A DNA stretch of 56,871 nt from Thermoanaerobaculia bacterium (GCA_035607435.1 DATMZU010000290.1:1-56871); one strand, 5' to 3'; counted from the first letter of the stretch, positions 46,022 to 56,461 are shown. Notes: generated by a model not told the origin, from the letters alone. Numbers and translations are program-made.

Positions 46022-47275
46022 TTACGGCCGCCAGGCGTTGCCCGAGGCGGCGAGCAGGGCGAGGGCTTTCAAGGTGTTGCCGTAGTAATCCGCTTCGTCG
46101 AGCGGAATATCGACGATCTCGTCCCACAGACCTTCGAGCCATTCCGGGTGCTCGGGTTCGAGCAGGGCTCCGACGGCGGCCGGGGCGAGGAAGGCGAGGT
46201 CGGTGTAGTCGTTGCCGGGGAGATCTCGGCCGTCGAGGCGGAAGCCGGCGCGCAGGCGTTCCGGGTTGCCCGCGGCGTGGGTGCGGAGGAAGGTGGAAAT
46301 CTTGCGCACCGCGGTTCGGCCGCGGGTATCGCCCGAGAGGAGGGCGTCGAGGCCGAGGCGCCAGGGGGTGCGGCAGGCGTTATAAAAGTAGGCGCCGTCG
46401 TTCGGGCCTTCGAGAAAACTGGGGCTCGCCGGACGCGGCGCGGCGTTCGTGCGCTCGATGAAATCGGGGAGCAGGCCGGTTCCGCGGGAGTAGACCGTCT
46501 GCATCCGCTGCACCAGGGCGTAGACGCGATTCGCCGCGGTCGCCCAGCGGGCGTCGCCGGTGGCGATGCGGAACGCCTTGAAATGACCGGGCATGAAATC
46601 CGATGTGCGGCTCGAATTGAAGTGGCGCGGCTGATCGGCCGAAACCCAGCTGCCGAGCTGGATCGTCGCGTCGGCCGGATGCAGCTCGACGGCGCGGATG
46701 GCGCGGATCACCTTTTTCGCCTCCGCAAGGTAGTGGATCGGCCCGGCGCTTCCCCACTGCCGGTCGGCGAGCAGAAGGGCGTAGCCGATGTCCAGATCGC
46801 CGTCGGTCGCCGTGTCTTCTCCGTCCGGGGCGTCGTTGCAATCGGCCAGCTGCTTCCAGGCCATGACGTTCGGGTTGCGGTCGCTCGGATGGTCGCGGAA
46901 GAAGCGGTAGAGACCGTCGAAGATCGTTTTGGCGTCCGGGTCGGCTCCGGAGAAGGCCGCCGTAAGCAGCATGCCGTAGCCGTGCCCTTCGGAGATCGAG
47001 AGGACCTCTGGATCGGGGAACTTGCCGTCCGCGTTCACCGCCACGTAATAGCGCCCCGCGCCGCAGCCGGCGACCAGATAGCGCGCTTTCCAGAAGCGAT
47101 AAAACGCCAGGGCCGCCGCGTCCAGCTCCGGGCGGGAATGATTACCGGGGAGGATCGACCCGGCGGCGTAGGCCGTGTGTTGAGGAAACGGCTTGCGCGG
47201 CGCCTGGGCGGCCAGTGCAATTCCGGCGAACGAGCCCGCGAGCGCCAGACCGGCCGCGAGAACGGCGCGGCGCAT
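46022..47275 (-). CDS. secreted glycoside hydrolase family 8 (endoglucanase/chitosanase-like)
   Basis: Signal peptide MRRAVLAAGLALAGSFAGIALAAQA. SISEGHGYGML catalytic-Glu box. GH8 signature-like TATDGDLDIGYALLLADRQW. The ORF-track N-terminal extension is rejected. Confidence 0.85.
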   Translation of the reverse strand: MRRAVLAAGLALAGSFAGIALAAQAPRKPFPQHTAYAAGSILPGNHSRPELDAAALAFYRFWKARYLVAGCGAGRYYVAVNADGKFPDPEVLSISEGHGYGMLLTAAFSGADPDAKTIFDGLYRFFRDHPSDRNPNVMAWKQLADCNDAPDGEDTATDGDLDIGYALLLADRQWGSAGPIHYLAEAKKVIRAIRAVELHPADATIQLGSWVSADQPRHFNSSRTSDFMPGHFKAFRIATGDARWATAANRVYALVQRMQTVYSRGTGLLPDFIERTNAAPRPASPSFLEGPNDGAYFYNACRTPWRLGLDALLSGDTRGRTAVRKISTFLRTHAAGNPERLRAGFRLDGRDLPGNDYTDLAFLAPAAVGALLEPEHPEWLEGLWDEIVDIPLDEADYYGNTLKALALLAASGNAWRP

Positions 47276-47277
47276 CC

Positions 47278-48444
47278 TCAAGTTTCCACCGTCGCAGCGA
47301 TCGCCGCGGGGGTTTCGATGCCCTCGCGGGAGAATCCTTTCCGCCCGGCGCGGACCATGTGGTCGCCTTCGATCGTGTGGGTGACCAACGCTTCGGCCAT
47401 CGCGAGCGAGCGCTCGGCCAGCTCGCGGGCGGCGTCGTGCAGCTCGACGCTCTTTTTGACGAAAGCGACGTTCTTTTCCATGTCCTCGGCAGTCCAGCCG
47501 CGAGAGTGGGCGATGTAGGGAAACTGCGGGAAGACGCAGCCGATCTCGGCGAAGAAACCGAGCATCTGGCCCGCGACCGCCTGGATGTTGTCCTGGCCGC
47601 CGGTGATGATGAAGCCGGCGACCTTGTTGCGCAGCAGGACCCGGTTCGACAGGGTGACCTGGTTCTGGACGCAGTTCATCCGCTCGACCATCTTGTAATA
47701 GAGCGAGCTGGCTGAGCCCCAGCGGATCGGGGTGGAGACGAGCACGACGTCGGCCCAATGGACGAGCCCTTCGTAGACCTGATCGAGCTGATCCTCGGGG
47801 TCCATCTGGGTGATCGAGCAGGGCCAGGTGCAGGCGTGGGAGCTTTTCGAGTAGTACCCCTCGCAGGCGCGGAAGGACAGCTCGCGCAGGCGGATCAGCC
47901 GGGTGACCGCGCCGTGGGCTCCGGCGTGGGAGAGCGCCGTTTCGAGCAGCTCGTCCGAGGTCGAGTAGCGGGGGAACGCGTTGTCCATCACGGTCGTGGC
48001 GATTCCGAGCACGCGGATCGGCCCGACTTCGCGCTCGACCGGCCGGGTGAGCGGGTGCGGCTCGTGCGGCGCCTTCTGGCGCTTGGTGGCGGGTTGCAGA
48101 TCGACCCAGAGGTGTCCCCCCTCCTCGCGCAACGAGAACCGCGGCACGCAATCGGCTTCGAACCCGGGCTCCCCCTCGCCGGTCGCGCGGTGGAATTTCC
48201 AATGGTGCCACGGGCAGACGACGTACTCGCCGTCCAGGTGCCCTTCGCCGAGCGGCCCGCCGACGTGGTTGCAGGCTCCGGAGACGGCACCGAACGTACC
48301 GTTTTGATACGACAGGGCGATCTTGGTCCGGCCGATCACGATCTGCTGGAGCGGCTTGGCCTGGAGCGCCTCGACGGCCCCCAGGTCGTGCCAACGTTCG
48401 GAACCCGAGGAGCCGGGCGGATTTGCGGGTTCGATGGCGCTCAT
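47278..48444 (-). CDS. Rieske [2Fe-2S] domain fused to an NADPH-dependent FMN reductase/flavodoxin-like domain
   Basis: CNHVGGPL ... CPWHHWKF Rieske ligands, then IRVLGIATT...VVLVSTPIRWGSASSLYYKMVERM flavoprotein core. Start at ATG 48444. Confidence 0.8.
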   Translation of the reverse strand: MSAIEPANPPGSSGSERWHDLGAVEALQAKPLQQIVIGRTKIALSYQNGTFGAVSGACNHVGGPLGEGHLDGEYVVCPWHHWKFHRATGEGEPGFEADCVPRFSLREEGGHLWVDLQPATKRQKAPHEPHPLTRPVEREVGPIRVLGIATTVMDNAFPRYSTSDELLETALSHAGAHGAVTRLIRLRELSFRACEGYYSKSSHACTWPCSITQMDPEDQLDQVYEGLVHWADVVLVSTPIRWGSASSLYYKMVERMNCVQNQVTLSNRVLLRNKVAGFIITGGQDNIQAVAGQMLGFFAEIGCVFPQFPYIAHSRGWTAEDMEKNVAFVKKSVELHDAARELAERSLAMAEALVTHTIEGDHMVRAGRKGFSREGIETPAAIAATVET

Positions 48445-48661
48445 GGCGGTCCTTTCGGGAGCGGAGCTTCGAGGCCGGTTCGGGCCGAAACGAAACGGTG
48501 CCAAAAGTATGGCAGAGGTGAAGGGGCGGCGCGCCTCTCATCTGGGGAGCACCTGCATAGATAGAGAGGAAGACCTCTCTCTTGCGGCCGGGCCTCCGGC
48601 CAGAGACCCATCCGCGCCGCTCCGAGCGCCGAGGCGGCGTGCCGGATTATGGAGAGCCTTC

Positions 48662-51423
48662 ATGGAATTTCGGCATCGTTCCTCTCCACTCTTTCCCTGG
48701 ATTCTGATCGGATGGATCGGGCTCGCCGCGGGCGGCGTTGCAGCCGCTCAACCGCAAGCCCCCAAGGAACCGTTCGCGTCGCTCGTACGCACCGACGAAC
48801 GGCTTCAACCCCGCGAGGCACTCGCTCCTCTCGCCGACGCCCGCGGCCGGCTTTCGGCGGACATGGAAGGCGCTTGGAACCGTTTTCTGCTCGACCACGG
48901 CGAGTGGAGCGCCTACGTCGATGCGCGCAACGGCCGCGTCGAATCGGCCGAAGGGCCGGGGATTCCGTGGACTTCCGGCGCGGGCGACCGGCGGACCGAG
49001 CCGAATCTCGCGGCGCTCGAAGCGATGGCGCGTAAATTCGTTGCGGCGAACCCGGCGCTGTTCGGCATCCCCGACCGCGAGCTGCGGCTCTCTCCCGGCC
49101 GCTCCGGAAAGGTTTCCGATTCGCTCTGGCTGGTCGATTTCGACGTCGTCCGCGGCGAATTGACCGTCGAGGGCGCGCGCATCGTCTTCCGCGTCGGTCA
49201 GGGCAACCTGATCCAGCTCGGCAGCGAGCTGCTGCCGCCCGCGGACGCTGCCGCTCCGCCGGTTAAGGTGAGCCGCGAGGCGGCGTACGAGACGGTCGCG
49301 AAATACGTCGGCGGGTTCGAGCCGACCGATCAGATGTTAGATCGGGGCTCGCTTCACCTGCTGCCGTTGGCGCTCCGCGACGACCGCTTCGACGAAGGCT
49401 TCGAATTTGCCCGCGGCTACGGGCTCGCGACGGTGTGGGAGATCTCTTTCCGCCGCGACGGCTTTCCCGCCACCTGGCGCGCCCGGGTCGATGCGACGAC
49501 CGGCGAGATCCGCGAATTCATCGACACCAATCTCGACGCCCAGGCGACGGGAGGCGTCGGCGCCGACTCAAGTCTCAGCAGCGAGATCATGCGCCAGATG
49601 CCTTTTACCGATCTCACCGGAGGCACGTATACGAATTCGGCCGGCGTCTTCACCTATAGCGGCACGCCGCTCACCACGACGATGAACGGGCAGTACGTGC
49701 GCGTGAACGACACCTGCGGCTCGATCTCTCTCACCACCGACCCTCTGGGCAACCTGCAGTTCGGCACGGCGACGGGCAACAACTGCGCCACGCCGGGGGT
49801 CGGCGGCGCCGGCAATACGCGCTCTTCGCGCACCAGCTTTTACCATCTGAACCGCGGCAAGGAGATCGTCCGCGGTTGGCTTCCCGGCAGCAGCGGCTGG
49901 CTCAACAGCCAGTTGACCACCAACGTCAACCTCACGAGCACTTGCAACGGCTTCTGGAACGGCAGCACGATCCAGCTCTATCAAGCGATCCCCGGATTGT
50001 GCGGCGCGAGCGGCGAGAAGCCGGGTTTCATCCTCCACGAATTCGGCCATGGCGTCGATGCGAACGACGGCAACGGCCTGGATACGTCGAGCAGCGAGGC
50101 CTACGCCGACGTGGTCGCCGCGCTCACCTTGCACAACTCCTGCGTCGCTCCCGGGTTCCGTCTCGGCAACTGCGGCAACGCCGGTTACGGCGATCCCTGC
50201 ACCTCGTGCACCGGCCTGCGCGATCTCGACTGGGCGAAGCACTCCCTGGGGGCTGCCCATACGGTCGCCAACTACACCGAGTTGAAATGTCCGACCGGCA
50301 CGACCTCTGGCCCCTGCGGGCGCGAGGCCCACTGCGAGGCGAGCGTGCCCACCGAAGCGGTTTGGGACTTCGCCAACCGCGACCTGCCGAGCCCTGGCGG
50401 CGGCGCCGCCTGAACGTGCTCGAACGGCTCTGGTATCTGTCGCGCCCCAGCTCGACGGTGGCCTTTGCCTGCGTGCCGGTCACGCCCTTCACTTCGAGCG
50501 GCTGCAACCTCGGTTCCTGGTGGAAGACGATGCGCGCGGTGGACGACGACGACGGCAACCTGGCGAACGGCACCCCCCACTCCTGCAACCTCTACGCGGC
50601 GTTCGATCGGCACGGAATCGCCTGCACCACAGACACCGGGGCCAACACCTGCTTCCGCGGCTGCACCCAGCCGACGGTGCCGACGTTGACGCTCACCCCG
50701 GGCAACAACTCGGTGAGCCTCTCCTGGACCAGCTCGGGGGCCGGCCGGGTCTACGACGTCTACCGCAACGAGATCGGCTGCAACGCGGGTTTCGCCAAGA
50801 TCGCCGACGACGTTTCCGGCACCTCGACCTCGGACACCGCGGTCGCGAGCGGCACCACCTATTACTACCAGGTGACCGCACACCCGAGCGGCAACGAGGC
50901 CTGCGCCTCGGCGCCTTCGACCTGCGTTTCCGTCATCCCTTCGGCGGGACCCGGCGGCAACATCCTCTCGAACGGCACTTTCGAGACCGGCGCACTCTCT
51001 CCCTGGTTCAAGTATCCGAGCACGTCGGCGGGCGTCGTGGCGGTCGAGAGCTGCTGCGGCAATCAGACCCCCGGGGGCACCTGGGACGGTTACATCGAAC
51101 CGAACGGGCAGTACACCGAGATGACCCAAACGCGGCCGGTCGCCTCGACACCGACGGCCGGATCGGTGACGCCCGGGCGGACCTACAGGCTGCAGGTGGT
51201 CGCCTCGACCAAGGACGGAACGACCGCCAATCTCTGGTATTACACGAACGTCACGGGCGACGTGAACTGCGCCAACACCTCCGTCACCTGGCCGAACCTC
51301 GTGACCCTCCAGTGCACGTTCACGGTGCCGGTCGGGACCACGGGTTTCAACGTCCACCTCTCCAAGAACAGCGGACGCTGGGTGCTCTCCGACAGCTGGT
51401 CGCTCATCGACGTCACCCCCTAG
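48662..51423 (+). pseudogene. secreted thermolysin-like zinc metalloprotease, paralogue A, interrupted by a 1-nt frameshift near 50411
   Basis: Two ORFs (48662-50413 and the frame ending at 51423) are colinear with paralogue B. HEFGHGVD...EAYADV. TGG of B (AAWNVLERLW) reads TG- here. C-terminus is FN3-like plus a CBM4/9-like module. Confidence 0.7.
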
Positions 51424-51444
51424 CCCGCCGAGGCTACGGATTTG

Positions 51445-51483
51445 CCCGCCGCGGGAGGATCTCGCGGCGGGTTTTCCGTTTTT
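51445..51483 (+). terminator. Rho-independent terminator
   Basis: CCCGCCGCG (51445-51453), 9-nt loop, CGCGGCGGG (51463-51471), then TTTTCCGTTTTT. 22 nt after the stop at 51423. Confidence 0.8.
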
Positions 51484-51543
51484 CGAACAGGTAGGAGCCT
51501 CGGACTCTCCGTTTCGGCGTCCGCCCCGGGGTAAAATCGCCGC

Positions 51544-53148
51544 ATGCCGGAAAAACAGGCCAGGCGGCGGAGGGTTCCTCTCCCCGCGGCGAACGACCGG
51601 GAGCTGGCGGTGCTCGCCGCGATCGCGCGCATCGCGACGGAGGACTTGGAGCTGCGGCCGATGCTCCAACGGGTCACCGACGCTCTCGCCGAGGCGTTCG
51701 GCTGGGAGCTGGTGGCCCTGATCAGCCTCGACCCCGAACGCCGGTACTTCGTCTGCGAGGCGATCACCAGCTCGGTGCCGACGGAGGTGCGCCCGGGCTA
51801 TGGCCGGCCCTACGGCAGCGGCGTGGTCGGCGAGGTCGCGGCGACCGGACGCACCCTGCTGATCGACGACTCCGCCGATCATCCCGACTTCGTCGAGATC
51901 TTCCCGGGCACCCGCTCGGAGCTTTGCGCGCCGATCCGCCATCGCGGCGAGGTCGTCGCCGTGCTCAACCTGGAGAGTCCGCGGCCGGCGGCCTTTGCCC
52001 GCCATCTGCCGACCGTCGAGGCGATCGCCGACCAGGTCTCCGGCGCCATCGCGAGCGCCCGCCTGTTCGAGGCGACCCGCCAACGCGCGCTCCATTTCGA
52101 GGTGTTGACCGAAGTCTCGCGCGCCGCCCTCGGCGGCGCCGACCTGCGCACCATCCTGCACCGCATCGCGACCTACATTCAGCGCCGCTTCGATTTCCTG
52201 CTGGTGGACATCGTGGTCGCCGCGGCGTCCGAGGTGGAGTGGTCGTACCACGCGGTGGCGACCCGGACGCCGATCGACGTCTCGGACCGCGAGACCTGGG
52301 CGATCGACGCCGGGATCGTCGGCCGCGCGACCCGGCTCGGCCGGCCGCAGTTGGTGCGCGACGTCTCTGCGGATCCCGACTATCGGGCGGTGACGCCCGA
52401 CGTCAAGGCCGAGTACGTCTCGCCGATCCGCTTCGGCGACCGCACGCTCGGCGCCTTCAACCTCGAAAACGACGACCCGGAGGCGTTTTCGGTCGAGAAC
52501 CTGCGCCTGCTCGACCTGGTCTCGGATCAGGTGGCGGGGGCGATCGAGATGGCGCTCTTGAACGAGCAGATCTCGGTCACCAAGAGTCAGCTCGAAGAGG
52601 CGAACCGGCACCTGCAGAGCGCGAACCGTTCGCTCCAGCAGATGACGCAGATCGATCCGCTCACCGGAGTCGCGAACCGCCGCCGGCTCGAAGAGGCGCT
52701 CGATCTCGAATGGCGCCGGCTCACCCGGACCGGGCAGCCGCTCTCGCTGCTCCTCTGCGACGTCGATTGCTTCAAGGCCTACAACGACAGCCTGGGCCAC
52801 ATCGCGGGCGACCGCTGTCTGCAGCGGATCGCGGGCGTCCTGCGCGATTCGGTGCAACGCGCGGGCGACCTGGTCGCCCGCTACGGCGGCGAGGAGTTCC
52901 TGGTGATCTTGAGCGGCACCGACATCGCCGGAGCGTCGCGAATCGCCGAGCAGGCCCGGGAGCGCCTCGCCGCGCTCGCGATCGACCACCCAAGCTCCAC
53001 CGTTCGGCCGGTGGTCACCCTCTCGGTGGGCGTCGCGACCGTGATCCCCTCGGGCGAGCCCGCGCCCGCCCACCTCGTGGCTACCGCCGATCGGGCGCTC
53101 TACCGGGCGAAACAGGAGGGGCGGGACCGGGTGATCGTGGCGGACTGA
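51544..53148 (+). CDS. GAF-GAF-GGDEF diguanylate cyclase
   Basis: Two GAF-like regions. DPLTGVANRR. Active site RYGGEEFLVIL with I-site RAGD five residues upstream. Confidence 0.9.
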   Translation: MPEKQARRRRVPLPAANDRELAVLAAIARIATEDLELRPMLQRVTDALAEAFGWELVALISLDPERRYFVCEAITSSVPTEVRPGYGRPYGSGVVGEVAATGRTLLIDDSADHPDFVEIFPGTRSELCAPIRHRGEVVAVLNLESPRPAAFARHLPTVEAIADQVSGAIASARLFEATRQRALHFEVLTEVSRAALGGADLRTILHRIATYIQRRFDFLLVDIVVAAASEVEWSYHAVATRTPIDVSDRETWAIDAGIVGRATRLGRPQLVRDVSADPDYRAVTPDVKAEYVSPIRFGDRTLGAFNLENDDPEAFSVENLRLLDLVSDQVAGAIEMALLNEQISVTKSQLEEANRHLQSANRSLQQMTQIDPLTGVANRRRLEEALDLEWRRLTRTGQPLSLLLCDVDCFKAYNDSLGHIAGDRCLQRIAGVLRDSVQRAGDLVARYGGEEFLVILSGTDIAGASRIAEQARERLAALAIDHPSSTVRPVVTLSVGVATVIPSGEPAPAHLVATADRALYRAKQEGRDRVIVAD

Positions 53149-53187
53149 GTTGTTGTCGGTCCCGTCGGAAAGAACGGTGGAACGAGG

Positions 53188-53277
53188 GTAGGGGCGGCCC
53201 CCCGTGGCCGCCCTGGAATCGCGCGAACGATCCGTCGCGCATCACAACCAAGGGCGGCGACGGGGCGCCGCCCCTAC
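53188..53277. repeat. REP-like paired hairpin element (GTAGGGGCGG... / ...CCGCCCCTAC)
   Basis: GTAGGGGCGGCCCCCCGTGGCCGCCC (53188-53213) and GGGCGGCGACGGGGCGCCGCCCCTAC (53252-53277). Same termini as the 40509 element. Confidence 0.85.
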
Positions 53278-53471
53278 GGCAATCTCGTTGTCGGAACTTT
53301 TTGCCGATCCTTCCTTTATAGAGCCGCCTCTCCAGGGCGCGATCCTCCTGCCGGCGTCTGGTCCTCCTCTTGCACAAGCGGGTTTTCGTCATGGTCGGGC
53401 CTCCGGCCGAGCACGGAACCGTCCCACCCCCGAGCGCCGGAGCGGGTACACCGGACACCACGGAGAGACTC

Positions 53472-56417
53472 ATGCGATCCCGGCTCGGTTCCAACCCCCT
53501 CTACCGCCCGATCGTGATGGGACTGATCGGGCTGATTCCTTCCGGCGCAACCCTCGCTCAAACGCCGCGTGAACCGAACGGACCCTTCGCGGCCCTGGTA
53601 CGGACCGACGAACGGTTTCAGCCTCGCGAGGCGCTCGTGCCGCTCGCCGATCGCCGAGCCTCCCTCGCCCCCGCTCTCGATTCCGCCTGGAACAAGCTCC
53701 AGCTCGACCATGGGGATTGGAACGCCTTTCTCGACGCGCACAACGGCTTCGTCGAATCGGCCGAGGGCGCGGGCATTCCGTGGGTTTCGGGAGGGCGGAC
53801 CTCCGCCGACCTTCCGGGTCTCGAAGGCCGCGCGCGCCAATTCCTCGCCGATCATCCGGGTCTCTTCGGAACCGACGGCAAGGACCTTCGGCTGAACACC
53901 GGGCGCTCCGGGCCGGCCTCCGACTCGCTCCAGCTGATCGACTTCGACGTGATGCGCGGCGACCTCGCCGTCGAGGGGGCGCGGATCGTCTTTCGCGTCG
54001 GCCACGGCCGCCTGATCCAAATGGGCAGCGAGCGGCTGCCTTCGGCGGCGGTCCAGGCGCCGCCGGTCCGCGTGACCCGCGCGGAGGCCTACGCCAAGCT
54101 TTCCGCCTACGTGGGCGGGTTCGACCGGGAAGTCGATCGGCTGGTCGATCGCGGCTCGCTGCACCTGCTGCCGATCGCGCCGCGCGACGACCGGTTCGCC
54201 GAGGGTTTCGACTTCGCCCGGGGTTATGGGCTGGAGACCGTCTGGCAGCTCTCGTTCCGCCGCAAAGGGGTGCCCGGTACCTGGCGCGTCCGAGTGAACG
54301 CCACCACCGGGGAGATCGTCGAATTCCTCAACACCGACCTCGATGCCGGAGCGACCGGGGGAGTCGCCGGCGATTCCGCCGCCGGGACGGAAACCCTTCG
54401 GCCGATGCCGTTCACCGACCTCGGCGGCGGCCAGGCGACGAATTCGGCCGGCATGTACGCCTACAGCGGCACCCCGGTCACATCGACGTTCAACGGCCTG
54501 TTCGTCGGCGTCGCCGAAACGTGCGGCGGAATCCTGATGAGCTCGAACGCCGCGGGCGACCTGCCGTTCGGCACGACGACGGAGGGCAACTGCGCGACTC
54601 CGGGTTATGGCGGCGGCGGCAACACCCGCGCCGCGCGCACCAGCTTCTACCATGTCAATCGAGGCAAGGACATGGCGCGAGGCTGGCTGCCCGGCAACGC
54701 CTGGCTCAACAGCCAATTGGTCGTCTCGGTCAATAACACCAACGACTGCAACGGCTACTGGAACGGCAGCCGCATCCTGCTCTACAACGCGGTCCCGGGC
54801 GCCTGCGGCGCGAGCGGCGAGGAGCCCGGATTCATCCTCCACGAATTCGGTCACGGCGTCGACCAAAACGACGGCACGGGGCTGGACAACGCGACCACCG
54901 AGGCCTATGCCGACGTGACCGCCGCCCTCGCCCTTCACAATTCCTGCGTCGCCCCAGGGTTTCGTCCCACCCAATGCGGCTCCTACGGCGATCCCTGCAC
55001 GGCCTGCACGGGATTGCGCGACATCGACTGGGGCCGGCACGAGTCGGCGGTGCCCCACACGGTCGCCAACTACACCCAGACCCGCTGCGGAACCGGCAAC
55101 GGCCCCTGTGGCGGCGAGCCCCATTGCGAGGCGAACGTTCCGACCGAGGCGGTCTGGGATTTCGCCAATCGCGACCTGCCCGGCCCCGGCGGCAACGCCG
55201 CGTGGAACGTGCTCGAACGGCTTTGGTACCTCTCGCGCCCGACGGCGACCGCCGCCTTCACCTGCGTCACCGGTGCGACCTATACCTCGAACGGCTGCAA
55301 CGTCGGCTCGTGGTGGAAGACCATGAGAGCGCTCGACGACGACGACGGCAACCTCGCCAACGGCACCCCCCATTCCTGCCAGCTGTTTGCGGCCTTCGAC
55401 CGCCACGGCATCGCCTGCGCCACCGATCCGGGAGCCAACGTTTGCTTTCGCGGCTGCACCCAGCCCGCGGCGCCCTCGGTCAACCTCGCCGACGGCGACA
55501 ACACGACGACCGTGACCTGGGCCGCCTCGGGCGGCAGCTTGGTCTACGACGTGTTCCGCAACGAGACCGGCTGCAACTCCGGATTCACCAAGATCGCGGA
55601 CAACCTGGGGACGACCTCGTTCGCCGACGGCGCGATCTCCGACACCTCGACCTACTACTACCAGGTCGTCGCCCACCCGGCCGGCAACGAGGCCTGCCAC
55701 TCCGCTCCGAGCGCCTGTCTCGACAATACGAAGAACGCCCAGTTCCTTCAGCAAAGCGTCCCCACGAGCATGGTCGGCGGCCAGCAGTACCCGGTGACCG
55801 TCACGCTCAAGAACGTCGGCGGCATCACCTGGAATCCGAGCGGAGCGAAGTGCAACTCCTTTCGGCTGGCGCAGGTGGGCAGCACCGCCTGGAACCCCGT
55901 GCGGGTCGAGCTGACCGGCCCCGTCGCGGCGGGCGGAAACATTCAGTTGAACTTCACGGTGACCGCGCCCCAGACGGCGGGGAGCTACAACTTCCAACTC
56001 CGGATGGTCCACGAATGCGTCGAGTTCTTCGGCGCCGCGAGCCCGAACGTCGCGGTCACCGTGGGGGCCGGTTCGAAGCAGGCGCAGATCGTGAGTCAGG
56101 CCGTGCCGGCGAGCATGACGGCCGGCCAACCCTATTCGGCGACCGTAACGGTCAAGAACGTCGGCGGCATCTCCTGGAGTCCGATCGGGCCGCAGTGCAA
56201 CGCCTATCGCCTCGCCCAGATCGGCAACTCGGTCTGGACCCCCGTCCGCGCCGAGCTCCCCGCGGCTCTCGCCCCCGGACAGCAGGCGACCGTGACGATC
56301 AACGGCATCGCCCCTTCGACCCCGGGAACGTACAACTTCCAGGTCGAGATGGTCCACGAGTGCGTGGAGTTTTTCGGCGCGCCGGGACCGGTGGTGGCGG
56401 TGAACGTTACGCCTTGA
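53472..56417 (+). CDS. secreted thermolysin-like zinc metalloprotease, paralogue B (propeptide, catalytic domain, FN3-like, 2x NBR1-like Ig)
   Basis: Start at MRSRLGSNPLY with a signal-like segment. PepSY-like propeptide (TWRVRVNATTGEIVEF). HEFGHGVDQNDG...EAYADV. Two C-terminal ~110-aa repeats. Confidence 0.85.
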   Translation: MRSRLGSNPLYRPIVMGLIGLIPSGATLAQTPREPNGPFAALVRTDERFQPREALVPLADRRASLAPALDSAWNKLQLDHGDWNAFLDAHNGFVESAEGAGIPWVSGGRTSADLPGLEGRARQFLADHPGLFGTDGKDLRLNTGRSGPASDSLQLIDFDVMRGDLAVEGARIVFRVGHGRLIQMGSERLPSAAVQAPPVRVTRAEAYAKLSAYVGGFDREVDRLVDRGSLHLLPIAPRDDRFAEGFDFARGYGLETVWQLSFRRKGVPGTWRVRVNATTGEIVEFLNTDLDAGATGGVAGDSAAGTETLRPMPFTDLGGGQATNSAGMYAYSGTPVTSTFNGLFVGVAETCGGILMSSNAAGDLPFGTTTEGNCATPGYGGGGNTRAARTSFYHVNRGKDMARGWLPGNAWLNSQLVVSVNNTNDCNGYWNGSRILLYNAVPGACGASGEEPGFILHEFGHGVDQNDGTGLDNATTEAYADVTAALALHNSCVAPGFRPTQCGSYGDPCTACTGLRDIDWGRHESAVPHTVANYTQTRCGTGNGPCGGEPHCEANVPTEAVWDFANRDLPGPGGNAAWNVLERLWYLSRPTATAAFTCVTGATYTSNGCNVGSWWKTMRALDDDDGNLANGTPHSCQLFAAFDRHGIACATDPGANVCFRGCTQPAAPSVNLADGDNTTTVTWAASGGSLVYDVFRNETGCNSGFTKIADNLGTTSFADGAISDTSTYYYQVVAHPAGNEACHSAPSACLDNTKNAQFLQQSVPTSMVGGQQYPVTVTLKNVGGITWNPSGAKCNSFRLAQVGSTAWNPVRVELTGPVAAGGNIQLNFTVTAPQTAGSYNFQLRMVHECVEFFGAASPNVAVTVGAGSKQAQIVSQAVPASMTAGQPYSATVTVKNVGGISWSPIGPQCNAYRLAQIGNSVWTPVRAELPAALAPGQQATVTINGIAPSTPGTYNFQVEMVHECVEFFGAPGPVVAVNVTP

Positions 56418-56461
56418 GGGCGCCCCTCGGGCGCGGAAAATGAGTCTATGCTTCCTGGGAC

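Noticed and set aside
50400-50415. Programmed ribosomal frameshift in protease A
   Set aside because: The sequence GGC GGC GCC GCC TGA has no slippery heptamer or obvious downstream structure. A 1-nt deletion relative to paralogue B is the simpler explanation.
50272-53073. 933-aa minus-strand ORF
   Set aside because: Antisense to the 3' part of protease A and to the GGDEF cyclase, both of which have clear motifs. Low-complexity Arg/Gly/Asp composition.
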